Source: Thermoproteota archaeon (GTDB lineage Archaea; Thermoproteota; Thermoprotei; Gearchaeales; Gearchaeaceae). From it: 64,000 nt of DNA. The position numbers and the translations under genes are program-made. Positions 9,741 to 19,187 of this stretch are shown piece after piece. The stretch lies in assembly GCA_021324265.1 (NCBI GenBank), contig JAJPJK010000018.1, positions 5,404 to 69,403 on the forward strand, in the 5' to 3' direction. The notes beneath the pieces were generated by a model. The model did no database searches, had not been told where the DNA came from, and saw only the letters and a list, made by a program, of their open reading frames with translations. The number at the start of each line of letters is the position of its first letter. Positions within the stretch are counted from its first letter, which is position 1.

Positions 9741-10098
9741 TCAATCTTCTTGCGCTAATTTAAATCTTATCGGTTTAACAAGCTCCTTTCTTATTTTTCT
9801 ACCGCATTTCAAGCAAGTAGTAATGAGCTTTATGTTTTTTCCTTTCCCAACAATTCTGATCTTTGCTCCTCTTGAAGGTATTAGTAATGATAAACAATTC
9901 TTACAATACATGTTTTTAAACCACGAAGGGAAATTCAAGTTATATTTCCTTTTTAACGCTAATGCGATCTTCAAACAATTCCTTGAGAATTCAGGATCTT
10001 TATCAAAGCTTTCCAGTGATCTCTTTATCAATATCCTAATCCTTTGCCTTGCGATATCCTTCTCTATTAATTTCTTTTTCCTAACTATTTTTCTTCAC
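9741..10098 (-). CDS. rnp4: RNase P protein component 4 (Rpp21); apparent frameshift just after the start codon
   Basis: CKNC...LIP...CLKCG zinc ribbon; the conserved IARQRI helix is in frame upstream of the tracked TTG; GTG at 10098 is out of frame by one base. Confidence 0.85.
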
Positions 10099-10139
10099 TA
10101 ATTTTTTAATCAGTACGCTACATAATTAATTTAGTTCAT

Positions 10140-10213
10140 GGCCCGGATTGAGTAGCCTGGTAGCTCGTAGGCCTGTGGAGCCTATTGCATGGGTTCAAAT
10201 CCCATTCCGGGCC
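10140..10213 (+). tRNA. tRNA-His(GUG) with genomically encoded G-1
   Basis: Cloverleaf: GCCCGGA/TCCGGGC acceptor, TAGGC-CT-GTG-GA-GCCTA anticodon arm, TTCAAAT T loop, discriminator C. Confidence 0.93.
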
Positions 10214-10215
10214 TT

Positions 10216-10287
10216 GGGCCGGTAGTTCAGCGGTAGAATGTCCGTTTCGCATGCGGAAGGTCGAGGGTTCAAATCCCTCCCGGTCCA
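10216..10287 (+). tRNA. tRNA-Ala(CGC)
   Basis: GGGCCGG/CCGGTCC acceptor with G3:U70, anticodon CGC, TTCAAAT T loop. Confidence 0.96.
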
Positions 10288-10326
10288 TAACGCATATAAA
10301 GCTTGTAGAAAAATAGTCTCAGTATT

Positions 10327-11568
10327 GTGTCTGATAATATCAGCGAAAAAGAGCTCATTCGATTGAGAAGGCTAGTTAGGATTCTGAAAAGCAAAGAGGG
10401 AAGGGGTACTGAATTGATATCGTTATATATACCAGCAGGAAGACAAATCGGCGAAGTAGCAAATTTGCTCAGAGAAGAATATTCTCAAGCCGGTAATATC
10501 AAGGATCGCAATACAAGGCATCATGTTCAGGAGGCGCTAACGAGCATTATGCAACGGCTGAAGCTATTCAATAAGGCACCTGATAAAGGTTTGATCGTCT
10601 TCGCTGGTTATGTAGCAGGTGAAGTTTTGGGCGATGAGAAGATGGAGATCTATCTTCTAGAACCTCCAAAGCCAATATCTACATATCTTTACAGGTGCGA
10701 TTCTCGTTTTCATACAGAGATACTTGAAGAAATGATTAAGGTAGGTAATGCTTATGGACTTGTGACCATAGATAGAGAGGAATCATCATTCGCCATTCTT
10801 GAGGGATCTCAATTGGATATCTTGGAAACAATAACTTCAGGTGTTCCAGGGAAGCATAGGGCAGGAGGTCAATCTGCTAGGAGATTTGAGCGAATTATCG
10901 ATATCATGGTGCATGAGTTTTTTAAGCGAATCGGTGAAAGGATGGTAAAGTACTATATGGCTGAAAGAAAAATCGATGGGATTGTTGTAGGAGGCCCTGG
11001 GCCTACTAAGTATGACTTCCTCGACAAGGACTATATTCCTGCTGATTTGAAGAAGAAGATCCTTGGGGTATTAGATTTGGGTTATTCAGGAGAAGAGGGT
11101 ATATATGAGCTCTTAGAGCGCAGCAAGGAACTCTTGCAAAAAGTCGAATACATAAAGCAAAAAGAGGAATTCAACAATTTCCTAAATCTTCTTAAAGATA
11201 ATCCAAAGGGTCTTGTTATAGGCATAAAAGAAGTCATGGGGGCAGTGGCTAAAGGGTCGTTGGAAAAATTGCTCATGCTTGAAGATGTTACAATTCTGAC
11301 TGTTAGTTATACCTGCACGAACTGTGGAAATAGCGAAACGGTTACTGAAGCAACGGAGGACATGTTTTCGTTTAAGCAATCATTGAAATGTAGCAGATGT
11401 GGCTCTCAAAACATTAAGATAGTAGCTGAGAGTGATGAGACAGATAATATAATAGAAAAAGTGTTTGAAAGCGGGGGCGAGGTCATATACATTAGTAAAT
11501 CATTGAATGAGAGCTATTCTTTAGCTAAAACATTCGGAGGCATTGTAGGGATTCTTAGGCAAACATGA
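10327..11568 (+). CDS. prf1: Peptide chain release factor aRF1
   Basis: GTELISLYIP, NIKD, YRCDS, GGQS motifs. Confidence 0.97.
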   Translation: MSDNISEKELIRLRRLVRILKSKEGRGTELISLYIPAGRQIGEVANLLREEYSQAGNIKDRNTRHHVQEALTSIMQRLKLFNKAPDKGLIVFAGYVAGEVLGDEKMEIYLLEPPKPISTYLYRCDSRFHTEILEEMIKVGNAYGLVTIDREESSFAILEGSQLDILETITSGVPGKHRAGGQSARRFERIIDIMVHEFFKRIGERMVKYYMAERKIDGIVVGGPGPTKYDFLDKDYIPADLKKKILGVLDLGYSGEEGIYELLERSKELLQKVEYIKQKEEFNNFLNLLKDNPKGLVIGIKEVMGAVAKGSLEKLLMLEDVTILTVSYTCTNCGNSETVTEATEDMFSFKQSLKCSRCGSQNIKIVAESDETDNIIEKVFESGGEVIYISKSLNESYSLAKTFGGIVGILRQT

Positions 11569-12242
11569 GGAAAATTGTGCTGAAATTGGGAGGTCATTTG
11601 CTTTTTTCAAAGCCTGATTCCTTCAAAGATTATGTAATAGTGCTTGATAAAGTGCTTGCAGATTTCAAAAACCTTTTCATTGTAGTCGGTGGCGGTCAGA
11701 AGGCTAGGGATTACATTAAATTGGGAAGAGAATTGAATCTCAGTGAAGCATATCTCGATCAGCTAGGAATCATGATAAGTCATGTGAATGCCTTTTTGAT
11801 TTACTCTTATCTTATAAGGAATCATCGAGTTAAGTTCGTTACAAGCTGGGAGGAATTCATAGAGCTTGCTGGTTCTGATTACGCTTTAATTTCAGGCGGT
11901 CTTCTCCCTTCAATTTCTACCACAACTGTAGCGTGTTTGATGGCCGAGGCTACAAATGCAATGTTATTGTATGCCACAGATGTAGAAGGAGTTTATGACA
12001 AAGATCCCAAGAAACATGCGGATGCAAAACTTTTCAAAGAAATAGAAATCGAAGACCTTATCAAAGTATTAAGAGATACTCAAGACATGAGGGCTGGGCA
12101 GTATAAACTTTTCGATCAGCATGCTTTGGATATAATGAAGAGGTCTAAAATACCTGTTCGTGTTTTCAATGGGCTCAATGTTGAAAATATTATTAGAGCT
12201 ATTAAAAATGAAAATATTGGAACCTTAATATACTATAAATAG
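11565..12242 (+). CDS. pyrH: Uridylate kinase
   Basis: VLKLGG, VVGGG..AR, TDVEGVYDKDP. Confidence 0.92.
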   Translation: MRKIVLKLGGHLLFSKPDSFKDYVIVLDKVLADFKNLFIVVGGGQKARDYIKLGRELNLSEAYLDQLGIMISHVNAFLIYSYLIRNHRVKFVTSWEEFIELAGSDYALISGGLLPSISTTTVACLMAEATNAMLLYATDVEGVYDKDPKKHADAKLFKEIEIEDLIKVLRDTQDMRAGQYKLFDQHALDIMKRSKIPVRVFNGLNVENIIRAIKNENIGTLIYYK

Positions 12243-12243
12243 T

Positions 12244-12329
12244 GCAGGGGTGCCCGAGCTAGGTCCAAGGGGCGGGACTCAAGATCCCGTGGCTAAAGGC
12301 CATCGTGGGTTCAAATCCCACCCCCTGCA
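12244..12329 (+). tRNA. tRNA-Leu(CAA)
   Basis: GCAGGGG/CCCCTGC acceptor, CGGGA-CT-CAA-GA-TCCCG, long variable arm. Confidence 0.96.
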
Positions 12330-12352
12330 TGAAAACCTCAAAGAAACCCTTT

Positions 12353-13090
12353 TTATGGACCTACTAGAATGCGCATCAAGCCTTTTTCATCAACAATGTT
12401 CATCCTCTTTATTTTCATCTGAACAACTCTTGCGCTATCATGTCTAACTCCAGCAATTAAGGCAATTTCCTTCAGTGTTAAATACTTAAGTCTTGCTTGG
12501 CCAAGCATTTTCATGACAACAAGCCTCTTCAATCCTTGCCTCTCATAAATCTTGATTCTTTCTTCGAATTCTTTATATCTTCTGAAAAGATTGTTTTTTG
12601 CAAGGTTAAACATCTTCGCTACTTTATCAAAACTCATGTTTATGTTGTTTTTTCTAAGGTAATACATAAGGGCAATCGCTTCGAAAATTGGCTCTGCTCC
12701 GTTACCGTTCAAGAAGACCTTTGCTACATTCTTATATGCTTTGCCAATCCTCAAGAATTCGTCATTCATCAATTCTTTGTGTTGAGTTCTGATCATCTCA
12801 TAAATTCTCATCCTCAGCTCCTTGCTATTATTCTGTTCCATAGCTGTTAGTTTTAACCTTGCAAGCATTCCATCTGTTAATTTCTTGCTATACTTCTTAG
12901 GCAGCTTAGCCTTCTTTAGGATTTTTGTATATGTTATTTCTTTTTTCATCTTTCTCTTCTTTGCTTCGCTTCTTGACTCAGAGAAGGAATATATCCTTAT
13001 TTCGCTTAGCAGTCCACATTCTGAGCATACTAAGAATTCTGATTGGTCAGCTTTTACTAGCTTTCCTCCACATTCTTCACAAGCGCTCAT
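12353..13090 (-). CDS. Divergent transcription factor B (TFB/TFIIB) paralogue
   Basis: N-terminal CEECG...VCSECG zinc ribbon; cyclin-repeat-like segment AIALMYYLRKNNINMSFDKVAKMF..LFRRYKEF; C-terminal HTH LTLKEIALIAGV. Confidence 0.75.
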   Translation of the reverse strand: MSACEECGGKLVKADQSEFLVCSECGLLSEIRIYSFSESRSEAKKRKMKKEITYTKILKKAKLPKKYSKKLTDGMLARLKLTAMEQNNSKELRMRIYEMIRTQHKELMNDEFLRIGKAYKNVAKVFLNGNGAEPIFEAIALMYYLRKNNINMSFDKVAKMFNLAKNNLFRRYKEFEERIKIYERQGLKRLVVMKMLGQARLKYLTLKEIALIAGVRHDSARVVQMKIKRMNIVDEKGLMRILVGP

Positions 13091-13287
13091 TCCTTGATGA
13101 AATATATCGTTCTGTATGAGAGCTTCTTGTACTTTACTCCTGGCATTTTGATTAGATGCTGGCTAACTTTCTGAGGAGTAGTTTCTATGCCTTTAGCTAA
13201 TAGATAAGCGGTGATATCCTCAGCGGTAGCCTTTCCAAGCTCCAGCAGTGATTTGTAAAGCATAGCTTTAAAGTAAATAGTATCCAT
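13087..13287 (-). CDS. Small winged-helix DNA-binding-like protein
   Basis: 66 aa; pattern ATAEDITAYL...TTPQKVSQHL..M followed by a beta wing; 4-bp overlap with the TFB paralogue. Confidence 0.6.
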   Translation of the reverse strand: MDTIYFKAMLYKSLLELGKATAEDITAYLLAKGIETTPQKVSQHLIKMPGVKYKKLSYRTIYFIKE

Positions 13288-13321
13288 CGTATGATACTTG
13301 AAAAAAGGTATAAAAGCAACT
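13288..13321 (-). promoter_or_regulatory. Putative leaderless promoter with non-canonical BRE (shared motif, copy 1)
   Basis: AGTTGC-TTTTATA-CCTTTTTTCAAGTATCATACG-ATG; TATA ends 21 nt before the ATG. Confidence 0.55.
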
Positions 13322-13745
13322 AGAGCTCTGCTACGGATATTACTCCAAGAGAAATACAGAGAATTCTAATATAATTTATATTATTATTAATAATTAGTGT
13401 ATTAGAAAAGTTAAAATTATAAAAGATATAACTTCCATTAAAATTTTTTATAATATGATTAGGGTCATTGAGCTCTAGGAAGATCTTCTTGCTTAACCCA
13501 ATATAATTTTTTGTGATGTAAATCCAGGCGCCTTGAGGCAAATAAATCTTTATTGTAAGCGAGCTCAGAGGCTGACTGTATACGAATTGAATTGCATTAT
13601 TTATTTCTTGAACAGCCCTTAGCAACGCTTGATCTTCGAAATAGTTTTTGTCTAAGTATATAAGTGGGAGGCTGTTTATGAACGCTAACGAAATGATTGC
13701 TAAGAGCGTGAATATGACAAGGTAATCAGAAAAATTGGCTGCCAT
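13320..13745 (-). CDS. Minor pilin-like protein
   Basis: Single N-terminal hydrophobic helix then polar beta-rich domain; last gene of pilus operon. Confidence 0.65.
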   Translation of the reverse strand: MAANFSDYLVIFTLLAIISLAFINSLPLIYLDKNYFEDQALLRAVQEINNAIQFVYSQPLSSLTIKIYLPQGAWIYITKNYIGLSKKIFLELNDPNHIIKNFNGSYIFYNFNFSNTLIINNNINYIRILCISLGVISVAEL

Positions 13746-14434
13746 TATGCAAAGAGCCAAAGAACTATGTTCTCTTGATTCTTAATTTCAATAAGTAACT
13801 TATCTTTGTATGTACCATCAAAGATCAGGGTAAAGAAATCTCCGCTTCTTTGGGCAACAAAATCTACAACGCTTCCTTGTGAATAGGCAGTTATATTATA
13901 GCTGGAATCCTTAATTTTCAAATCTTCGCTTATGATATAAACACTTGAGATAAAGATTGTAATGTAGTAGTAAACCCCTATACTTGTATTTGAAGCCCTT
14001 AGGCTTGCATCGAAGACATAGCTAGTTATGTTTGCAAGAATTGTGTTGTTTTCTTGAACTTTAGCTCTGAACGAAGCGCCTTTTCCCTTTAGGCAATTAG
14101 ACGTTATTTCGAAATCAAGGTTTGGCATTGTCCCGAAACTGCTATTTTTGAATATGACTTTTAGATTGCTCGTTGCTTGGTTCCAGTATGTTTTGGCATC
14201 ATTGGTAGCTTTCTGGGAAGCCAAAGCGCAGTCTATATTACCATTTAAGAGATCATGAAATGTTTTATTCGTTGCATATGATAGCGCAGAGGTATAAAAT
14301 GAGAATATCGTTGAAGTTTTCGTTTCCTCCTCATCATCTATGACATATACTTGTAGCCTTAAGTTGGTGAAAGCGAGCGCTATAATTATTAACGATATCA
14401 CGAAAGAAGTTAATATAAGTGCTTGGCCTCTCAT
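13745..14434 (-). CDS. Minor pilin with class III signal peptide
   Basis: MRG|QALILTSFVISLIII prepilin cleavage pattern. Confidence 0.75.
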   Translation of the reverse strand: MRGQALILTSFVISLIIIALAFTNLRLQVYVIDDEEETKTSTIFSFYTSALSYATNKTFHDLLNGNIDCALASQKATNDAKTYWNQATSNLKVIFKNSSFGTMPNLDFEITSNCLKGKGASFRAKVQENNTILANITSYVFDASLRASNTSIGVYYYITIFISSVYIISEDLKIKDSSYNITAYSQGSVVDFVAQRSGDFFTLIFDGTYKDKLLIEIKNQENIVLWLFA

Positions 14435-14435
14435 T

Positions 14436-14843
14436 TCAACTAATCGCTAAGACAATGATTAAAATGTTTGAAGGACTGTTTCCGTTCACTGCTATATAAG
14501 AGGACTCTGAATCTGCGTCATCGAAATAACTTCTTTGATAACTCCACATCAAATACCAGCTCGAGTTATAAAGAGAGATTCTAAAACCATATTCTACAGG
14601 GATGATAGCTTCGGTTGCGTTAACTATCAAGAAATAGTTGCCTTTGAATACTTCTCTAAGAATTCCCGTATAGAGCAAATAAGCTAGAGTCTTTTCAGCA
14701 AGATCCTTTTTTTCCGTTTTGCTTCTAATCATTGCATTACTTGCGAGATATGGGTTTATGAAGAACATCGTCATAGTTAAAAGCAAACAAGCTAGTAGCG
14801 CTTCAATAACTCTTGAGATTGCTCTATGGCTGGCCATATACAT
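14436..14843 (-). CDS. Minor pilin with class III signal peptide
   Basis: HRA|ISRVIEALLACLLL pattern. Confidence 0.72.
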   Translation of the reverse strand: MYMASHRAISRVIEALLACLLLTMTMFFINPYLASNAMIRSKTEKKDLAEKTLAYLLYTGILREVFKGNYFLIVNATEAIIPVEYGFRISLYNSSWYLMWSYQRSYFDDADSESSYIAVNGNSPSNILIIVLAIS

Positions 14844-15228
14844 TTACCTCTATTACTACGAGGGTGTAGCTGGAATTCATGAATGCTCCCAAAGCCTTTG
14901 CTTCGCCTATGAAGCTAGGCAAGCTTGAATTTTTAGGATAAGTACCGTTCTTCAACAAATACACACTTTGTTCGTAGATATATATCCAGTATCTTATCAT
15001 TATGAATATCTTGGCATTTATTTTGTAGAATGAAGGTGTTGCTACGCTATCATTTAGGTGCTTCGTTGAAATTATGTTATCTCTTATCGCAATTGCATAT
15101 TCCAACAAGATAGATCCAATCTTATCTTCATCGTTTGCTGAAAGATAGATGTTGATGCTGAATAATGACCAGCTAAGCACCAATAAAAACAATGCTATAC
15201 CAAGGATAGTTTCTATCGAGCTCTCCAT
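14824..15228 (-). CDS. Minor pilin-like protein
   Basis: MESSIETILGIALFLLVL N-terminal helix; overlaps neighbours in the operon. Confidence 0.65.
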   Translation of the reverse strand: MESSIETILGIALFLLVLSWSLFSINIYLSANDEDKIGSILLEYAIAIRDNIISTKHLNDSVATPSFYKINAKIFIMIRYWIYIYEQSVYLLKNGTYPKNSSLPSFIGEAKALGAFMNSSYTLVVIEVNVYGQP

Positions 15229-17099
15229 TATGGAACTTGGAAAATACTCATCATGTTAGTTATGCTGAGCGAGATAAAGCAGATCATACCGCATAGGATT
15301 GCGTTCTTCGCACCTTCTACACTATTTCCTTCAGCATATCCTCCTAGAAACCCTAAAAAAATAGAGTTGAGATATCCTGCAACCGAAACAAGTTCTTTTA
15401 TGCTTGAAAATGGGATGTTGAGATTCAATAAATTAAAAGAATAAACCATTGTGCTTGCTTGAGCGATAATATTAAACGTTGATACGAGGCTACCCAGCAC
15501 AGCTAGCGAAATTCCCAATGAAAAGCCCAGTAGAGCTGTAATCATATAGCTAGAAAATCTGAAGAATTTCGTCCTCATCTTGTAAATCTTTCTTATGCTA
15601 TCAAGCCTGTACACAAAATCAGCAAATTCTTCCATTGTAGCAGAATCTAGGGCAACCTTATCGCATTCCTCTAATGCTATGAATACCTGTTTAAAGAAAC
15701 TTGGTAGCTTTTCTTTTTCCAGTATTTCCTCCACTGATATGCCCAGCATTCTAAGTAAGCTAATTTTCCTTAGGAAGTCTCCTGCATATTCATATCTCTC
15801 ATGTATCTTATCAATGGCTTGGTAAAGACTATTGCCTTTTTTAACTTCTTCAGCTAAGTCTCTCACTATATTCGGTAGCTCATTCAATAATCTTTCATTC
15901 TCAATTGAGCTTTTTCTATGCAATAAATAGTATCCTATAAGCAAAAACATTGCGCTTGAAAAGAAAGTCATGCTAAGATTAAGAAAGCCCATGAAATTGA
16001 GTATGAAAAAAACAATTGGAGGAAGTAAAAGCAAGTATACTCTACTATCATGCTTCAATCCCATCCTCAGAAAGGGCAATGCGTAACCTTGTATCATAAA
16101 AAAGAAGAGAATGAAGAAAACCGATGGAATTAAAAATAGCGTTGCGAAAAGCATGGAAAAAGTATTGCCTTGCATGAAGAGAAGTGTCATCATTGAAGCG
16201 ATGGGGAGCAAAATGAAGACGATGAGTTGAGCTGCCAAAAGCACATTGAATCTATCTATGAACTCCTCGATCTTTTTTTCAAAAACTTTGAAGGTTTCCT
16301 TCATGTATTCTTTCATAATCGTATAGATCCCTGAGCCTAAGCTTATCGCAGAAATTGCCTGAAGTAATTTTTTGACGGATTCATCTCTTACAATTTTTGC
16401 ATAAAGCGATATTGCATCTATGGGACCTATAGCTAGGAAAGTCTTAAGTCTCTCAATTTGCCTATAGATCCTGTTGAAGCTAGGGAACAATCTCAACTTT
16501 CCAAGCGTGTTTATAGCTGAATAAGGATGTATGTTCGCTGCAGAAAAAGCAGTGATGAACATACTCGCTACAGGCAATTCTCTGCTTATTTTAGAAGTGA
16601 ACTCTCCTTCCTTTATCGCAGGTAGTATCAATAAGTAGCCCAGTAAAAGGAAAGGGATGATGGATATGATCAATAAAATGAGTAGATTTGCTAAATTGCT
16701 TCCGATATCGTTCAAAAATATGGAAAACAATACGAAATTCAATATAAAGGTCATTATCGAAGTGAATAGCACGCTCAATATCAGCTCGTTATATTCCGCC
16801 GGAGTGTATCCTAGCTCCGTGTAATAAAGCCGGCCATAATTTTTATCGTTCTCCTTTTTATATATTTTGGTAAAGAAAAAGAGAGTAAATAAGTTCGATA
16901 AGATTGTAATAAGTAAGTATGAAAATATCCCATACAATAATACAAATAAATTTGATGAAAATATAAAAATAAATAAAGAATAAATAACAACTGGAAGCTT
17001 TATAACAAATTTTATACCAAGCCTTTCTTTTTTAAGAATAAGCTTCAAAATTTTACCCTTTTTGTTCTCTTCTTCAATTAAAACGATCTCCTCACTCAT
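15228..17099 (-). CDS. Type IV pilus membrane platform protein (TadC/ArlJ family)
   Basis: Multi-TM protein with two T2SSF-like repeats (ISRELPVA...; LLNELPNIVRDLAEEVKKGNSL); directly after the ATPase. Confidence 0.88.
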   Translation of the reverse strand: MSEEIVLIEEENKKGKILKLILKKERLGIKFVIKLPVVIYSLFIFIFSSNLFVLLYGIFSYLLITILSNLFTLFFFTKIYKKENDKNYGRLYYTELGYTPAEYNELILSVLFTSIMTFILNFVLFSIFLNDIGSNLANLLILLIISIIPFLLLGYLLILPAIKEGEFTSKISRELPVASMFITAFSAANIHPYSAINTLGKLRLFPSFNRIYRQIERLKTFLAIGPIDAISLYAKIVRDESVKKLLQAISAISLGSGIYTIMKEYMKETFKVFEKKIEEFIDRFNVLLAAQLIVFILLPIASMMTLLFMQGNTFSMLFATLFLIPSVFFILFFFMIQGYALPFLRMGLKHDSRVYLLLLPPIVFFILNFMGFLNLSMTFFSSAMFLLIGYYLLHRKSSIENERLLNELPNIVRDLAEEVKKGNSLYQAIDKIHERYEYAGDFLRKISLLRMLGISVEEILEKEKLPSFFKQVFIALEECDKVALDSATMEEFADFVYRLDSIRKIYKMRTKFFRFSSYMITALLGFSLGISLAVLGSLVSTFNIIAQASTMVYSFNLLNLNIPFSSIKELVSVAGYLNSIFLGFLGGYAEGNSVEGAKNAILCGMICFISLSITNMMSIFQVP

Positions 17100-18681
17100 T
17101 TATTTCACCAATTTCTATGCCTACTTCTTCTTCTCCCAGTCTTTCAGTTAGCCCCTCTTGATGTTCCTCATTGCCTGTTTCAAAGGACTTAGGATTTTCG
17201 TAAAATTTCCATATAAGCTGTGTTACTGTTCTATAATCTAGGAGGTCTTCGTTCGTTTCAGCTTCTTTTTTCAACCTAGAGAAGAATTTATACCTCAATT
17301 CAATCTCTGTTAGTAATTTCTTTTCATCCCATCCTCTTTCCTCCATTATTATTTTACTTGTAGGTAGTTTAAGCAATCCTTCTTCGTCTATTCTTTTGAA
17401 GCTATCATCTTGACTATTGAACTTAGCTACGCTATGAAATCTAGCTCTTTTTCTCTCCAATGATATTTCAAAGTCGAAGAAATCGGAGACCCTTCTTAGG
17501 AATACCTTTCTTGGAACACCTCTTTCATCTTCTTTTATCATGACATATTTTTTCACACCAACTAGCGCGTGTAGGGCTGAAAGGCTTCCTATATCAACTT
17601 TTATAGGCTCTGATAATAACCTCTCTATCGCTGTTGTGTGAGATTCTGCATGGAAGGTCGTTAAGCCACCATGTCCAGTCATTATTGCCTGAGCCCATAT
17701 TTTTCCTTCTTCACCCCTTACTTCTCCTACTACTAGATAATCACCACTCATTCTTAATGCATGCTTTACAAGCATGAACATGTCTATATTGCCCTTTTCA
17801 TCAATAGTCAAACTCTCTCTCGTTATCAAGGGGATCCAGTAAGGATGAGCTAGCCTAATTTCTGGAGTATCTTCTACTGTTATGATAGTTGCTCTCTCGT
17901 TTATACAGTTTGCCAGTGCATTGATCAAACTGGTCTTCCCGCATCCCATGCCTCCATATACTAAAATTGCTTTCTTGTGTTCTATGAGTAGCATCGACCA
18001 TGCAGCGATCCAAGGGTCTATTGTATTATTCACCAGTAATCTAGTCATACTCCAAGGTCTTTCTGGAAACTTTCTTATCGTTATGCTTGAACCTTTATGA
18101 CCAACTTCCTTTTTGTATGTAAGCGTGACCCTTGTCGTATCAGAGGTCCTTATCGATAACAAAGGTTTAAAAGCGCTTATACTTTTGCCACTCCTATATG
18201 CGAACTTCTCTGCATAGAGGTTAATTTCTTTTTCATCCAAAACAACATTCGTTACTAGTTTATCATAATCCGAGTGCACCACTCTTGCAGGTACATCTGG
18301 GCTAGGAACTTGTACATCTTCAACCTTAGGGTCTTTAACCAATGGATCAAGAGCTCCAAATCCAAAAATTTCTCTTTTAAGGAAATAGATTGATCTTTCA
18401 TTTTTAATACCAAGTCTTCTAAGCTCTTTTTCGAAGTTGGAATCGTCGTTGATGTTTACAGCGCGTACTTTAAAGAGCAAATATTCAAGTGTTTCTCTTA
18501 AAGAATTAAGTTCTGCATCACTTATGGGAGGGTCCTCAACCAAGTATTTTCCATTAGCTGTTATGAAAATATGAGATAAACCAATTCTATATTCATCAAT
18601 AATCGTTTCATTAGAGAGTGATACACGATTGATTTTGAAAAGTGAATAATTTGAGAAAAAAGAATTTGTAAACATATTCAC
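17092..18681 (-). CDS. Type II/IV secretion (pilus assembly) ATPase, CpaF/ArlI family
   Basis: Walker A GGMGCGKT, Asp box TVEDTPE, Walker B VVGEVRG, His box GHGGLTTFHAES. Confidence 0.95.
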   Translation of the reverse strand: MNMFTNSFFSNYSLFKINRVSLSNETIIDEYRIGLSHIFITANGKYLVEDPPISDAELNSLRETLEYLLFKVRAVNINDDSNFEKELRRLGIKNERSIYFLKREIFGFGALDPLVKDPKVEDVQVPSPDVPARVVHSDYDKLVTNVVLDEKEINLYAEKFAYRSGKSISAFKPLLSIRTSDTTRVTLTYKKEVGHKGSSITIRKFPERPWSMTRLLVNNTIDPWIAAWSMLLIEHKKAILVYGGMGCGKTSLINALANCINERATIITVEDTPEIRLAHPYWIPLITRESLTIDEKGNIDMFMLVKHALRMSGDYLVVGEVRGEEGKIWAQAIMTGHGGLTTFHAESHTTAIERLLSEPIKVDIGSLSALHALVGVKKYVMIKEDERGVPRKVFLRRVSDFFDFEISLERKRARFHSVAKFNSQDDSFKRIDEEGLLKLPTSKIIMEERGWDEKKLLTEIELRYKFFSRLKKEAETNEDLLDYRTVTQLIWKFYENPKSFETGNEEHQEGLTERLGEEEVGIEIGEINE

Positions 18682-19187
18682 CTTTGAACTACTGCTATGA
18701 AAGGTATAGTGCCTGCTGTTGTTTGTATTACGCCATTGACTTGCGTTAGCGATCCAATGGAAACATTATTAAAGGTAGCGGTAATGGTTTGAGTTTCACC
18801 TGGGTTTATACTGGAGCATTGTTTAGTTGTTGTTGTAGTAGTAGTTGTCCCAGCATTTGTTGTGGTTGTTACAAAACTTACAGAACAATTATTAGACGAT
18901 GCAGTACTTGTGGTACTTCCTGTTATAGTCTGAATATATATTCCTGTTATGTTAGCTTGTAGATTACCTACATTCTTTAATGTAATGTACAAAACAACAT
19001 TGCTACCTTGTACTTGCAAGGTAGGTGTTCCTACAACGATAATATTTGCTTGCTTACTCGTAGAAATACCTAATCCGTAAAGCCAAGAAATTACCAGTGC
19101 AGCTATGCTTATCGATGCTATTACTAGAAGTATTGTTATTATCGGTGCAGAGATATCTCCTCTCTTGTTCTTAATTAGTTTCCTCAT
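18678..19187 (-). CDS. Probable major type IV pilin
   Basis: KNKRG(D)ISAPIITILLVIASISIAALV class III signal; ITLKNVG and INPGET Ig-like strands; Thr-rich loop between two Cys. Confidence 0.88.
   Translation of the reverse strand: MRKLIKNKRGDISAPIITILLVIASISIAALVISWLYGLGISTSKQANIIVVGTPTLQVQGSNVVLYITLKNVGNLQANITGIYIQTITGSTTSTASSNNCSVSFVTTTTNAGTTTTTTTTKQCSSINPGETQTITATFNNVSIGSLTQVNGVIQTTAGTIPFIAVVQR

Noticed and set aside
11300-11420. CxxC...CxxC insertion in aRF1 domain 3
   Set aside because: A known feature of many archaeal aRF1 proteins
12250-12447. 65-aa ORF
   Set aside because: Overlaps tRNA-Leu(CAA) and the antisense strand of the TFB paralogue
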